Assembly: GCF_965657075.1 (NCBI RefSeq)
Contig: NZ_CBFHMV010000001.1
Coordinates: forward strand, 191,647 to 255,646
Length of the DNA: 64,000 bases
DNA from: Flavobacterium sp.
Lineage (GTDB): Bacteria > Bacteroidota > Bacteroidia > Flavobacteriales > Flavobacteriaceae
Direction of reading: 5' to 3'
The notes under the pieces were generated by a model that had not been told where the DNA came from, ran no database searches, and saw only the letters and a list, made by a program, of their open reading frames with translations. Shown here one piece after another: positions 35,021 through 45,500 of this stretch. How positions within the stretch are numbered: the stretch's first letter is position 1; every line of letters starts with the position of its first letter. A program made the translations under genes and the position numbers.

Positions 35021-35707
35021 CTATTCTAAAACAGTCAAAACTTCTTTCACATTTGAAAGTGCTAAAAAGTTTTCATGTTCAATTTCGAAATCAATTTTTT
35101 CGTATTCCCAAGTGGTGTGATACGGAATATGAATTCCAAAACCACCTAAATTTAAAATAGGCAAAACATCCGATTTTAAGGAATTTCCAATCATTAATAT
35201 GTCTTCGGCTTTGCATTCTAAACGGCCAAACATTTTTTCGTAATCTAATTCGGTTTTGTCACTCAAAACTTCAATATGATGAAAATAATGCCCAATTCCT
35301 GAATCGTGTAATTTCCTGTGCTGGTCTTTTAAATCACCTTTTGTAGCCACAACCAATTTGTATTTACCTTTAAGTTCTTTTAAAACATCTTCTACATTTG
35401 GAAGTAATTCAACAGGCTTTTGCAATAAATCTTTACCAATGGTAATAATTTTTTCGATGCCTTTTCCAGAAATTTGGTGATTGGTTAATTCCAAAGCAGA
35501 TTCAATCATCGAAAGGGTAAAAGCTTTAATTCCAAAGCCATACAAAGATAAATTTTTAACTTGATGATTTAATATCAAACCCAAAATCTCTTGACTAGAA
35601 GCATAATCTTGAAACAATTGACAAAAACGCTCTTGGGCTTCATCGAAATAGGGTTCGTTGTGCCAAAGTGTGTCATCTGCGTCGAAAGCTATTATTTTTG
35701 GGGTCAT
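35021..35707 (-). CDS. HAD-superfamily hydrolase
   Basis: Motif I FDADDTLW, motif II ATKG, motif III/IV K...GNSLKSD. Confidence 0.8.
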   Translation of the reverse strand: MTPKIIAFDADDTLWHNEPYFDEAQERFCQLFQDYASSQEILGLILNHQVKNLSLYGFGIKAFTLSMIESALELTNHQISGKGIEKIITIGKDLLQKPVELLPNVEDVLKELKGKYKLVVATKGDLKDQHRKLHDSGIGHYFHHIEVLSDKTELDYEKMFGRLECKAEDILMIGNSLKSDVLPILNLGGFGIHIPYHTTWEYEKIDFEIEHENFLALSNVKEVLTVLE

Positions 35708-35716
35708 AAATTTTTT

Positions 35717-37771
35717 TTAAGAAATCAAAGCACCATTCATAACACCATCACTATCAGGATTTACGAAAACTAATTTTCCTTCTGCGTTATTGGTCATTAA
35801 AATCATACCAGCACTTTCAACACCACGAAGAGCTCTTGGTGCTAAATTTACTAAAACAGTTACTCGTTTGCCCACAACTTCTTCTGGTGAAAAATGTTCC
35901 GCAATTCCAGAAACAATAGTTCTTACATCAATTCCAGTATCCACTTTTAAAACTAAAAGTTTGTTGGCTTTTGGCATTTTTTCAGCTTCTAAAATGGTTC
36001 CAACTCTAATATCTAATTTAGAAAAATCTTCAAAAGTCGAAACTTCTTTTTGTGGTTCAGCTTTAGCATTTTCCATTTCGTTTGCTTTTTTAGTCGCTAG
36101 TAATTTATCAACTTGTTTTTGAACTTCTTCGTCTTCTATTTTTGAGAAAAGTAATTCGGCTTGACCAATTTTACTTCCAGCTGGTAATAGATCTGAATTT
36201 GATGAAACATCATTCCAAGCTAATTTGCACTGCAACATGTTTTCTAATTTAGTTGCTGTAAAAGGTAAGAAAGGTTCAGCTAAAACACTCAAAGCAGCAG
36301 CAATTTGCAAAGCAACATACATTTGTGTTTGAACTCTTTCTGGGTTTTCTTTCACCATTTTCCATGGTTCTTCGTCTGCTAAATATTTGTTTCCTAGACG
36401 AGCTACATTCATCATTTCTCCTAAAGCTTCTCTAAAACGATAACGCTCAATAGAACTTGAAATCACTTCTGGATAGGCTTTTAATTCCGTTAATGTTGCT
36501 TCATCAACTTCGGTGAATTCATTTGGGCTTGGAACAATTCCATCGTAATATTTGTTGGTTAAAACCACAACACGATTTATGAAATTTCCAAAAACAGCTA
36601 CTAATTCATTGTTATTTCTCGCTTGAAAATCTTTCCAAGTAAAGTCATTGTCTTTGGTTTCAGGAGCATTTGAGGTTAAAGCATATCGCAAAACGTCTTG
36701 TTGGTTTGGAAAATCTTGTAAATATTCGTGCAACCAAACAGCCCAATTTTTAGAAGTAGACAATTTATTTCCTTCTAAATTTAAAAATTCATTAGCTGGA
36801 ACATTGTCAGGCAAAATATAACTTCCTTCAGCTTTCAACATGGCTGGGAAAATAATACAATGAAACACAATATTATCTTTCCCGATGAAATGCACTAATT
36901 TTGTATCTGCATTTTTCCAATAAGGTTCCCAATCTTTTCCTTCTTTAGCAGCCCATTCTTTGGTTGACGAAATGTACCCAATAGGAGCATCAAACCAAAC
37001 GTATAATTTTTTGCCTTCTGCACCTTCCACAGGAACATCAATTCCCCAATCTAAATCTCTGGTTACGGCTCTTGGTTTTAAACCATCATCTAACCACGAT
37101 TTGACTTGTCCTAAAACATTCGTTTTCCAATCGTTTTTATGGTCTTGAAGAATCCATTTTTCAAGAAAATCTTGGTATCTATCTAAAGGTAAAAACCAAT
37201 GTTTAGTTTCTTTTAAAATAGGAGTTTCACCTGTAATTGTTGATTTTGGATTAATTAAATCTGTTGCATTTAAAGTAGAACCACAGCGTTCACATTGGTC
37301 ACCGTAAGCTTCAGGATTATCACATTTTGGACAAGTTCCTGTTACAAATCTATCGGCTAAAAATTGGTCTGCTTTTGCATCATATAATTGTTCTGTAACT
37401 TCTTCAATAAAATCACCTTGGCCATACAATTTTCTAAAAAATTCCTGAGCTGTTTTATGGTGAATCTCAGAAGAAGTTCTGGAATAATTATCAAACGATA
37501 TTCCAAAATCTATAAAAGACTGACGAATAATTCCGTCATATTTATCAATTACTTGTTGAGGTGTAATGCCTTCTTTTTTTGCTTTCATTGAAATCGCAAC
37601 ACCGTGTTCATCACTTCCGCAAATAAAAGCAACGTCTTTTCCTTGTAATCTTAAATATCTTGAATAAATATCACTTGGAACATAAACTCCAGCTAAATGA
37701 CCAATGTGAATTGGACCATTAGTGTAAGGCAATGCAGCCGTAATTGTATATCTTTTTGGATTTTGTATCAT
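35717..37771 (-). CDS. metG: Methionine--tRNA ligase with C-terminal tRNA-binding domain
   Basis: HIGH (PIHIGH), KMSKS variant (KLSTSK), Zn knuckles CPKC..CERCG and a C-terminal EMAP/Trbp111-like OB domain. Confidence 0.97.
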   Translation of the reverse strand: MIQNPKRYTITAALPYTNGPIHIGHLAGVYVPSDIYSRYLRLQGKDVAFICGSDEHGVAISMKAKKEGITPQQVIDKYDGIIRQSFIDFGISFDNYSRTSSEIHHKTAQEFFRKLYGQGDFIEEVTEQLYDAKADQFLADRFVTGTCPKCDNPEAYGDQCERCGSTLNATDLINPKSTITGETPILKETKHWFLPLDRYQDFLEKWILQDHKNDWKTNVLGQVKSWLDDGLKPRAVTRDLDWGIDVPVEGAEGKKLYVWFDAPIGYISSTKEWAAKEGKDWEPYWKNADTKLVHFIGKDNIVFHCIIFPAMLKAEGSYILPDNVPANEFLNLEGNKLSTSKNWAVWLHEYLQDFPNQQDVLRYALTSNAPETKDNDFTWKDFQARNNNELVAVFGNFINRVVVLTNKYYDGIVPSPNEFTEVDEATLTELKAYPEVISSSIERYRFREALGEMMNVARLGNKYLADEEPWKMVKENPERVQTQMYVALQIAAALSVLAEPFLPFTATKLENMLQCKLAWNDVSSNSDLLPAGSKIGQAELLFSKIEDEEVQKQVDKLLATKKANEMENAKAEPQKEVSTFEDFSKLDIRVGTILEAEKMPKANKLLVLKVDTGIDVRTIVSGIAEHFSPEEVVGKRVTVLVNLAPRALRGVESAGMILMTNNAEGKLVFVNPDSDGVMNGALIS

Positions 37772-37932
37772 AAAATGTTAATTTCTCGATAAGACGCAAA
37801 GACACAAATAATTGTAGATAAACGTTTAGCGAAGATTGTTGTTTTTTGAAATTAGACTACAAAAATAAAGGTTTACATACAATTAACGCAACTATTTACT
37901 CATTTTAATATCTTTGAAATTAATATCTACTT

Positions 37933-38565
37933 ATGAGAAATTCAATTTTGTTTTTTTTATTACTTTTTATTACCAAAAATTATTGTAATAATTTAATCAT
38001 TAACGATTCAATAAAGAAAGAGAATCCAATACTTTTTGCCGAAATGGCTATAGGTTTTTCAAATGGAGATATTAAAGGATTTACAGGTATAGGTTCATTA
38101 AATTATCAATATAAAAATAACCTTTTTACATTTAGAACATTAGAAATTATTGATAATAAAAAAGTTGGTAGCTTTTTATTTTTACCTTTATTGGTTCTTG
38201 AAGATAGAGTAAATGAGTATTCTTTCCTGTATGGTAGAAGGTATGTTTATGACAATTCTTCATTTAGTTATAGTTTGGGTTTAGCCTATATCAATAGAGA
38301 ATATTTAATTGATGATTTAAATATTGTTCCTAATTTTAATGACTTGAATTATGCCAATGAATCGTTTTTGGGTTTACCATTCGAATTAAATTTTAAATGG
38401 TTCAATTCAAAAAAGAAAAGGTATAGAATTTATGGTCTTATTCCTGTTGGAAAACCAGTAGGTTTTGCCAATAGTATAGGATTTAAATTTTATGGTACTG
38501 TTGCCAAGAAATCCTATTTTGGTATTGGTGTTTCATTTGGTTTAGGCTGGCATAAAACGTATTAA
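37933..38565 (+). CDS. Hypothetical protein, possibly a small outer-membrane beta-barrel
   Basis: Signal-like N-terminus, Tyr/Gly/Phe-rich alternating segments and a C-terminal aromatic residue (..GWHKTY). No family recognised. Confidence 0.45.
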   Translation: MRNSILFFLLLFITKNYCNNLIINDSIKKENPILFAEMAIGFSNGDIKGFTGIGSLNYQYKNNLFTFRTLEIIDNKKVGSFLFLPLLVLEDRVNEYSFLYGRRYVYDNSSFSYSLGLAYINREYLIDDLNIVPNFNDLNYANESFLGLPFELNFKWFNSKKKRYRIYGLIPVGKPVGFANSIGFKFYGTVAKKSYFGIGVSFGLGWHKTY

Positions 38566-38614
38566 AAATAAATTAATTATTTTTGAATAAAAGTTGTCCA
38601 ATGCTTTCACATTT

Positions 38615-39571
38615 ATGATTCGATTTATACTTTTACTCTTAATAATTACTAATTTATCCTATTCCCAAAAGATGAATATTCCATCGTATTTAAAAAAAGG
38701 CGACACCGTTGCAATTGTATGTACAGCTCGAAAATTTTTTCCAGAAGATGCTATTCCTGCTAAAGAACTATTGGAATCATGGGGTTTGAAAGTCAAATTA
38801 GGTACAACCATTGGCTTAGATAGTTGTCAATTAGGAGGAACCGATTTAGAAAGAGCTTCTGATTTTCAAAACATGATGGATGATGAAAACATCAAAGCAA
38901 TTTGGTGTGCTCGTGGTGGTTATGGCACTGTTCGAATGGTTGATTTATTAGATTTTACCAAATTCAATAAAAATCCGAAATGGATTATGGGTTTTAGTGA
39001 TGTTACTGTTTTACATTCTCAAGCCAATGTTGAAGGTGTGGCATCTTTGCATTGTATCATGCCATTTACAGTTCCAAAGGCTTCTGATGAAGTGAAAGAA
39101 ACTTTGCGAAAAGCCTTATTTGGAGAAAAATTAGAATATACAATTCCATCAAAACCTTATGATATTCTTGGGAAAGCTTCAGGAGAATTGGTTGGAGGAA
39201 ATTTATCGATTTTGTATAGTTTGTTAGGATCGAAATCATCACTGGATACGAATAATAAAATCCTTTTTATTGAAGATTTAGATGAATATTTATACCATAT
39301 AGATAGAATGATGCAAAATATAAAACGAAACGGATACTTTGAAAATTTAAAAGGGTTAGTAGTTGGTGGGATGACCGATATGCACGACAATGAAATTCCG
39401 TTTGGGCAAAATGCTGTACAAATAATATCAGCTATTGCCAAAGAATACAATATTCCAGTTTGTTTTGATTTTCCTGCCGGACATGTTAAAGATAATCGTA
39501 CGCTTCAATTGGGAAAACAAGTAGACTTTGAAGTGAATGAAAAGGAAATCAAATTGAAATTTAGAAATTAA
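38615..39571 (+). CDS. LD-carboxypeptidase (peptidase S66)
   Basis: Nucleophile elbow GFSDVTVLH and the downstream E/H context (FIEDLDE...PAGH). ATG 38615 is preferred to the upstream TTG. Confidence 0.85.
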   Translation: MIRFILLLLIITNLSYSQKMNIPSYLKKGDTVAIVCTARKFFPEDAIPAKELLESWGLKVKLGTTIGLDSCQLGGTDLERASDFQNMMDDENIKAIWCARGGYGTVRMVDLLDFTKFNKNPKWIMGFSDVTVLHSQANVEGVASLHCIMPFTVPKASDEVKETLRKALFGEKLEYTIPSKPYDILGKASGELVGGNLSILYSLLGSKSSLDTNNKILFIEDLDEYLYHIDRMMQNIKRNGYFENLKGLVVGGMTDMHDNEIPFGQNAVQIISAIAKEYNIPVCFDFPAGHVKDNRTLQLGKQVDFEVNEKEIKLKFRN

Positions 39572-39607
39572 TGTAAGAACAAGTCGCGACTTGTCCCTTC
39601 AAAACAA

Positions 39608-39967
39608 ATGGCAGAACACAACGATTTAGGACAATTAGGAGAAGATTTAGCGGTTGAATTCCTGCAAAAAAACGGATACGAAATCTTGGATAGAAATTGG
39701 CGATTTCAAAAGGCTGAAATAGATATTATTGCTCAAAAAAAAGATATTTTAGCTGTAGTTGAGGTAAAAACGCGTTCAAGTTTAGAGTTTGGATTGCCTC
39801 AAGATTTTGTAAAACCTAAAAAGATTCAATTATTGGTGAAAGCTGTAAATGAATATGTTGTACGTAAGGATTTAGATGTAACCGTTCGTTTTGACATTAT
39901 CGCTATTCATTACACCCAAAAAAATATCGATATAGAACATATTGAAGAAGCCTTTTATTATTTTTAA
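39608..39967 (+). CDS. yraN: YraN-family (UPF0102) endonuclease-like protein
   Basis: 119 aa with the PD-(D/E)xK-type pattern (GYEILDRNWR...EIDIIA...VEVKTR). Confidence 0.85.
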   Translation: MAEHNDLGQLGEDLAVEFLQKNGYEILDRNWRFQKAEIDIIAQKKDILAVVEVKTRSSLEFGLPQDFVKPKKIQLLVKAVNEYVVRKDLDVTVRFDIIAIHYTQKNIDIEHIEEAFYYF

Positions 39968-40031
39968 AAATAATTTGTTGTAATTATAACATTTTGTTTT
40001 TATTTTGTATCATTGCAAAAATATTTTTAAA

Positions 40032-40691
40032 ATGAAAACCGTATCATCAGTAGTTGAAGATTATATTAAATCTAAACCGTTTTTGTTGACTTCTTTAGCA
40101 CAAGGAATCATTAATTTAACATCATTAGCTCGAATAATGATGCCAGAAATTGAGGCTCAAATTGGAAAAGACTTGAAGCAAGGAGCTGTAGTTATGGCTT
40201 TGAAAAGATTGAGCGAAGAATTGGATTTTAAAATCAATCACAAAATTAACAAGGTCTTACGAAATATTGGAGAAATTACGGTTCGTTCTTCTTTAAACGA
40301 CTATACTTTTGTAGTTTCTGATACTATTTTAGAAAATAAAACCCGCTTATTAGACGAAATAAAACAAAGACCTGATGTTTTTTATACTTCTTCACGTGGT
40401 GTTAACGAAGCAAATTTAGTTATAAGCGATAGTGTTGCTAATTTGGTTGAAAAACATTTTAAAGATGAAAAATTATCTCATAAATTAGAAAACCTTTCTT
40501 CGATAACGGTTAAATTACCTATTGAAAACATTACTGTGCCTGGTGTTTATTATTTTATTTTTCAGCGCTTGGCTTGGGAAGGTATTGTTTTGAATGAGGT
40601 AATTTCAACCACAAACGAATTTACTATTATTGTAGATGATGAATATGTTGATAAAGCTTTTAAAGTGATTAAGGATTTGAAGAGTGTTTAG
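40032..40691 (+). CDS. ACT-domain-like conserved protein (often annotated aspartate-kinase-like)
   Basis: Recognised from memory of conserved Flavobacteriia orthologues (MKT.SSVVE.YI..KPFL...L.QGIINLTSL). ATG 40032 is preferred to the upstream TTG. Confidence 0.55.
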   Translation: MKTVSSVVEDYIKSKPFLLTSLAQGIINLTSLARIMMPEIEAQIGKDLKQGAVVMALKRLSEELDFKINHKINKVLRNIGEITVRSSLNDYTFVVSDTILENKTRLLDEIKQRPDVFYTSSRGVNEANLVISDSVANLVEKHFKDEKLSHKLENLSSITVKLPIENITVPGVYYFIFQRLAWEGIVLNEVISTTNEFTIIVDDEYVDKAFKVIKDLKSV

Positions 40692-41070
40692 TGGCATTAA
40701 TTAATTTTTGGAGTTGATCTATAATAATATCTTTGTCTTTGAGTCTTTCTTCATATAACTCAATGATTTTAGTATTCTGTTCTTTGCTTTCTTGGTAAAA
40801 ATTATCAATTTGCTGTAAATATCCTGTAGAGCTGTCTCTATTTGTTTGAATTAATTCATTTTTAGTAGATATTCCTAATATTTTTGAAACAGATACCTCT
40901 AATATATCCGAAATACTATAAAGTCTTTCTACTGTTAATTTTGTTTTATTACTTTCTATTTTTGAATAAGCTACTTGACTTATATTTAGCATGCTTGCAA
41001 CATATTCATGCGAATATCCTTTACTTTTTCTTATTTCTTCAATATTTTTGAGTATTTGTTTCATAACCAT
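40669..41070 (-). CDS. Short XRE-family HTH transcriptional regulator with coiled-coil tail
   Basis: HTH_3 pattern (IRKSKGYSHEYVASMLNISQVAYSKIESNKTKLTVERLYSISDIL) and a charged heptad-like C-terminus. The 3' end overlaps the convergent gene by 23 nt. Confidence 0.8.
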   Translation of the reverse strand: MVMKQILKNIEEIRKSKGYSHEYVASMLNISQVAYSKIESNKTKLTVERLYSISDILEVSVSKILGISTKNELIQTNRDSSTGYLQQIDNFYQESKEQNTKIIELYEERLKDKDIIIDQLQKLINATKHSSNP

Positions 41071-41178
41071 TAGTTTTAAATTATACTGTAAAAGTAATAA
41101 TTATATTTTAAAAGTTTTAGTTTTTTATAAAATTGTAATTTTACTTTGTTATTCTATTAATTTTTAAATATTTATTTT

Positions 41179-41439
41179 ATGAAAAAAAGATTTATTTTTA
41201 TGGCATTATTAATTATGTATAGTAGTTCTTTACTTTATGCTAATTATGGGACACAAAGTATGTCTGGACCAGATTGTAGTAGTTGTACTAAAATTAAATT
41301 AATTTTTGTGACTATTTGGTCAGGTAGTTGTGTAACAACAACGACATCTGTAAATCCTTTGAACGGAGATATTACTACAACCCAGACAAGCACACCTTGT
41401 GGAAAAAATGGTGGAAGTTGGGATTGGTTTTGGGAATAA
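41179..41439 (+). CDS. Small exported Cys/Thr-rich protein with Trp-rich C-terminus (86 aa)
   Basis: Signal peptide MKKRFIFMALLIMYSSSLLYA. The mature part has 4 Cys, Thr runs and a ...GGSWDWFWE terminus. Followed by a strong hairpin. Coding status is not independently supported. Confidence 0.5.
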   Translation: MKKRFIFMALLIMYSSSLLYANYGTQSMSGPDCSSCTKIKLIFVTIWSGSCVTTTTSVNPLNGDITTTQTSTPCGKNGGSWDWFWE

Positions 41440-41447
41440 TATAAAAA

Positions 41448-41475
41448 GCCATGAAGTTGAAAAAAACTTCATGGC
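41448..41475 (+). terminator. Perfect 11-bp stem hairpin after the small ORF
   Basis: gccatgaagtt-gaaaaa-aacttcatggc. The downstream tract is aaattt, so it is not a classical T-run. Confidence 0.5.
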
Positions 41476-41486
41476 AAATTTAAAAT

Positions 41487-42545
41487 ATGAAATACTTAAT
41501 ATTTTTATACTCTTGCTTAGTTTTTTGTCAAAGCACAAAGATCAAAGTAATATCTTCTTTAGATAGTCTTCCAATTTCTGGTGTGGAAATATTTTTGGAC
41601 ACAAATAATCAAAAGCTTATAACCAATGAAGAGGGTTATTTTATTTTTAATTTTAAAAATAATACGGAAGTTGATTTTGTAAAAGAAGGATATATAGATA
41701 AAAGAGAAATTATTTCTAATAAAACTGAAATTGTAGTTTTAACAAAAATAGCACCAATACAACTAAAAGAGATTCAGTTAATTTATTTATCAAATAATGA
41801 TTTATTAGACACTATTTATAAAAAAATAAACGATAATACTTTATATGAAACAAATTTTAATTATCACTTTTTTAATTATTTAGGAGCTAATAAAGATACT
41901 TTACATTATTTAAATGATAGGATTAAGTTCATTCAAAATCAAGGATATTATATTTCAAAAAAATCAAAAATTATTAGAAATTTTAGTAATGAAGAAGTAA
42001 AACAAAAGGATTTAGGAACCTATCAACAAATTGTTTATAAATACAAAAATCAGGATTTAGTTTTCTTTAAGAATTTTATAGGTTTTATAAATTCACCAAA
42101 GAGTTTTACCGGTTTCAATGATTTAATTACCAACAAAGAAAAATACAATATTGTCTTTTCAAAAAATGATGATTATTATATAATTGAATTTAATTCAAAA
42201 AAGAAAGATAGATATTATGGAAAATTTATTGTTGATAAATTAGATTTCGGCATCTATGAATTAGTTATTAATGCAGAAATTAAAAATTTTAATGTAGTTA
42301 ATTACAATAAGTCTAAACCTGAAAAATCAGAATATTTAGTGTTAACTGAAAATGTTTACTTTAAAAACTTCAAGCAAAACGATAAATATCAATTAAGTTT
42401 TGTAAATCTAGATTATAAATTCAAACAAATAAAAGGAAAGTATAAAGGAACAATATTTACTAATTCTATTAAAATTGAACCAACTGTAGAATTTAAAAAC
42501 GAAAATTTAACGAAATTTGATGTAATTAATTTTAAAGTAAATTAA
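41487..42545 (+). CDS. Secreted protein with N-terminal CarboxypepD_reg-like domain
   Basis: Signal peptide, then KIKVISSLDSLPISGVEIFLDTNNQKLITNEEGYFIF, typical of the carboxypeptidase-regulatory-like beta-sandwich. The remaining ~260 aa are Asn/Lys/Tyr-rich and unassigned. Confidence 0.6.
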   Translation: MKYLIFLYSCLVFCQSTKIKVISSLDSLPISGVEIFLDTNNQKLITNEEGYFIFNFKNNTEVDFVKEGYIDKREIISNKTEIVVLTKIAPIQLKEIQLIYLSNNDLLDTIYKKINDNTLYETNFNYHFFNYLGANKDTLHYLNDRIKFIQNQGYYISKKSKIIRNFSNEEVKQKDLGTYQQIVYKYKNQDLVFFKNFIGFINSPKSFTGFNDLITNKEKYNIVFSKNDDYYIIEFNSKKKDRYYGKFIVDKLDFGIYELVINAEIKNFNVVNYNKSKPEKSEYLVLTENVYFKNFKQNDKYQLSFVNLDYKFKQIKGKYKGTIFTNSIKIEPTVEFKNENLTKFDVINFKVN

Positions 42546-45500
42546 AACCTTTGCATCAATTCCAAAGCTTTAGAAATACTCTTTACATTATCAAAAGTCA
42601 GTAATAATCGTAAGCCATTTTTGGTGTCTTTTTCTTTAATTTTACAAAGATTGCCGTTGTGTTGGACAAACTGCATCACTTTTATAAATCGGTTTGATTG
42701 ATAGAAATTAGATTGCTGGTCACTTATAAAATAGCCAATCATTTTACCTTGCTTCATGATTAGTTTTTCAAGTCCAATTCGAGTTGCAATCCATTTTATT
42801 CGAACACTGTTTAATAAAGCAATTGCCTGTTTTGGTAAAGCACCAAATCTATCAATTAGTTTTTGTTCAAAAACTTGTAACTGTTCTTCGGTTTTTAAAG
42901 TTCCTAATTCGTTATACAAAGCCAATCGCTCCGAAACACTATTGATATAATCATCTGGAAACAGCAATTCAAAATCAGCATCAATCAAAATATCTTTAAC
43001 AAACTCTTTAGTTTCAATGTCATTATCAGCTTCGTATAAATCTTTGAATTCGTTTTCTTTTAATTCATCAATCGCTTCATTCATAATTTTTTGATACGTA
43101 TCAAAACCAATATCATTAATAAAACCACTTTGTTCACCACCTAGTAAATCTCCAGCACCACGAATTTCCAAATCTTTCATCGCAATGTTAAATCCGCTTC
43201 CTAATTCACTAAATTGTTCCAAAGCATTAATACGTTTTTGAGCTTCACTTGTCATCATCGAATAAGGTGGTGTAATGAAATAACAAAACGCTTTTTTATT
43301 ACTTCGGCCCACTCGCCCTCGCATTTGATGCAAATCAGATAATCCAAAATTATTGGCATTATTAATGAAAATCGTATTCGCATTTGGCACATCTAAACCA
43401 CTTTCAATAATGGTTGTTGCGACTAAAACATCAAATTCTCCTTCCATAAAAGCCAGCATCAGTTCTTCTAATTTTTTGCCATCCATTTGTCCGTGACCAA
43501 TGCCAACTCGTGCATCAGGCACTAATCGTTGAATCATTCCAGCCACTTCTTTAATGTTTTCAATTCGATTATTGATGAAGAAAACTTGACCATTTCTCTG
43601 AATTTCATACGAAATAGCATCACGAATCAACTCTTCACTAAAACGAATTACGTTTGTTTCGATAGGATAACGATTTGGTGGTGGTGTTGTAATTACAGAC
43701 AAATCTCGAGCAGCCATCAATGAAAACTGTAAGGTTCTCGGAATTGGAGTTGCAGTCAGAGTCAACGTATCAACGTTTGAAGCAATAGTTTTCAATTTAT
43801 CTTTAACATTAACTCCAAATTTTTGTTCTTCATCAACAATTAACAATCCTAAATTTTTAAAAACCACATTTTTATTCACTAATTGATGCGTTCCGATAAT
43901 GATATCTACTTTACCTTCAGCTAATTCCTTAATAGTTTCTGCTTTCTGTTTGGCAGTTCTAAATCGGTTTAAATAATTTACCGTTACAGGCATTTCTTTC
44001 AATCGTTCTGAAAAAGTACGATAATGTTGATAAGCTAAAATGGTTGTTGGAACTAAAACTGCCACTTGTTTTCCATTATCAACAGCTTTGAATGCAGCAC
44101 GAATTGCAACTTCAGTTTTTCCAAAACCAACATCACCACAAACTAATCTGTCCATTGGTCGTTCGTTTTCCATATCAGCTTTTACATCAGCTGTTGCGGT
44201 AACTTGGTCTGGTGTATCTTCATAAATAAAAGAACTTTCTAATTCTTTTTGTAAATAACTATCTGGAGCATACTGAAAGCCTTTTTCTAATCTTCGCTTC
44301 GCATACAATTGAATCAAATTGAAAGCAATATGTTTAACTCGTGCTTTAGTTTTTTGTTTTAAAGCTTTCCAAGCACCACTTCCTAATTTATAAATTTTAG
44401 GAGCAATTCCATCTTTACCATTAAACTTGGAAATTTTATGTAAGGAATGAATACTTACATAAACAATATCATTGTCTGCATAAGCAATTTTAATAGCTTC
44501 TTGTGTTTTTCCTTCAACCTGAATTTTTTGCAAACCACCAAATTTTCCAATTCCGTGATCAATGTGTGTTACATAATCTCCAACTTGCAAAGAAGTCAAT
44601 TCTTTGAGCGTTATAGTTTGCTTTTTCGAATAATTACTCTTGATGTTGAATTTGTGATAACGTTCAAAAATTTGATGATCCGTGTAACAAGTCAGTTGCA
44701 ATTCTTCATCAATAAATCCTTGATAAATGGGCAACACCAAACCTTGGAATTTGGAATTTGGAATTTCACCATTGGAATTTTCGTCAGTTAAATCCTCAAA
44801 AATATCTTGAAAACGAGTGATTTGATTGCTATTGGAACAACAAATAAAGTTGGTATACCCATTAAAATGATGTTCGTTAATGTCATTCAACAACAAGTCA
44901 AACTGCTTGTTAAATGAGGGTTGAGGTTGAATATGAAATTCAAATACTTTCGTTGTTTTGAATAAAGCTGTATTGTTTAATTCTACTATATTAAAATGAA
45001 CTGCTTGTTTTAAAAATTGTTCTTGATTAACAAATAATTCTTCTGGTTGCGTATGTTTGATGTCTTTGGAAAGTTTACCAAAAGCTTCCACAGCTTTTCC
45101 AAATAATTTATCTAATTGGTTGCAAATGAATTCAGTATTTTGGGTGAAAATAACTGTTTTTTCATTGATGTAATTCAGAAATGTTTCACGATTTTCATCC
45201 AAAAACTTGTTTTCAACATTAGGAATGACCGAAATTTTCTTCAATTTTTCAACGGAAAGTTGGGTTTCCACATCAAAACTTCTGATGCTATCGACTTCAT
45301 TTCCAAAAAATTCAATTCTGTAAGGATGATCATTGGAGAATGAAAACACATCGATAATTCCACCACGAACCGAAAATTCTCCAGGTTCAGTTACAAAATC
45401 TACTCTTTTAAAATTGTATTCAAATAAAGTTTCGTTTATAAAATCAATTGATAATTTATCGTTTACCGAAACCTTTAAAGTGTTTTTTTCTAATTCTTTT

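Noticed and set aside
39579-39594. Perfect 16-nt palindrome acaagtcgcgacttgt between the LD-carboxypeptidase and yraN genes.
   Set aside because: It is a simple 6-bp stem with a 4-nt loop and no T-run, a single copy, and lies in a 36-nt gap. It is most simply a weak hairpin or chance palindrome, and nothing else points to a function.
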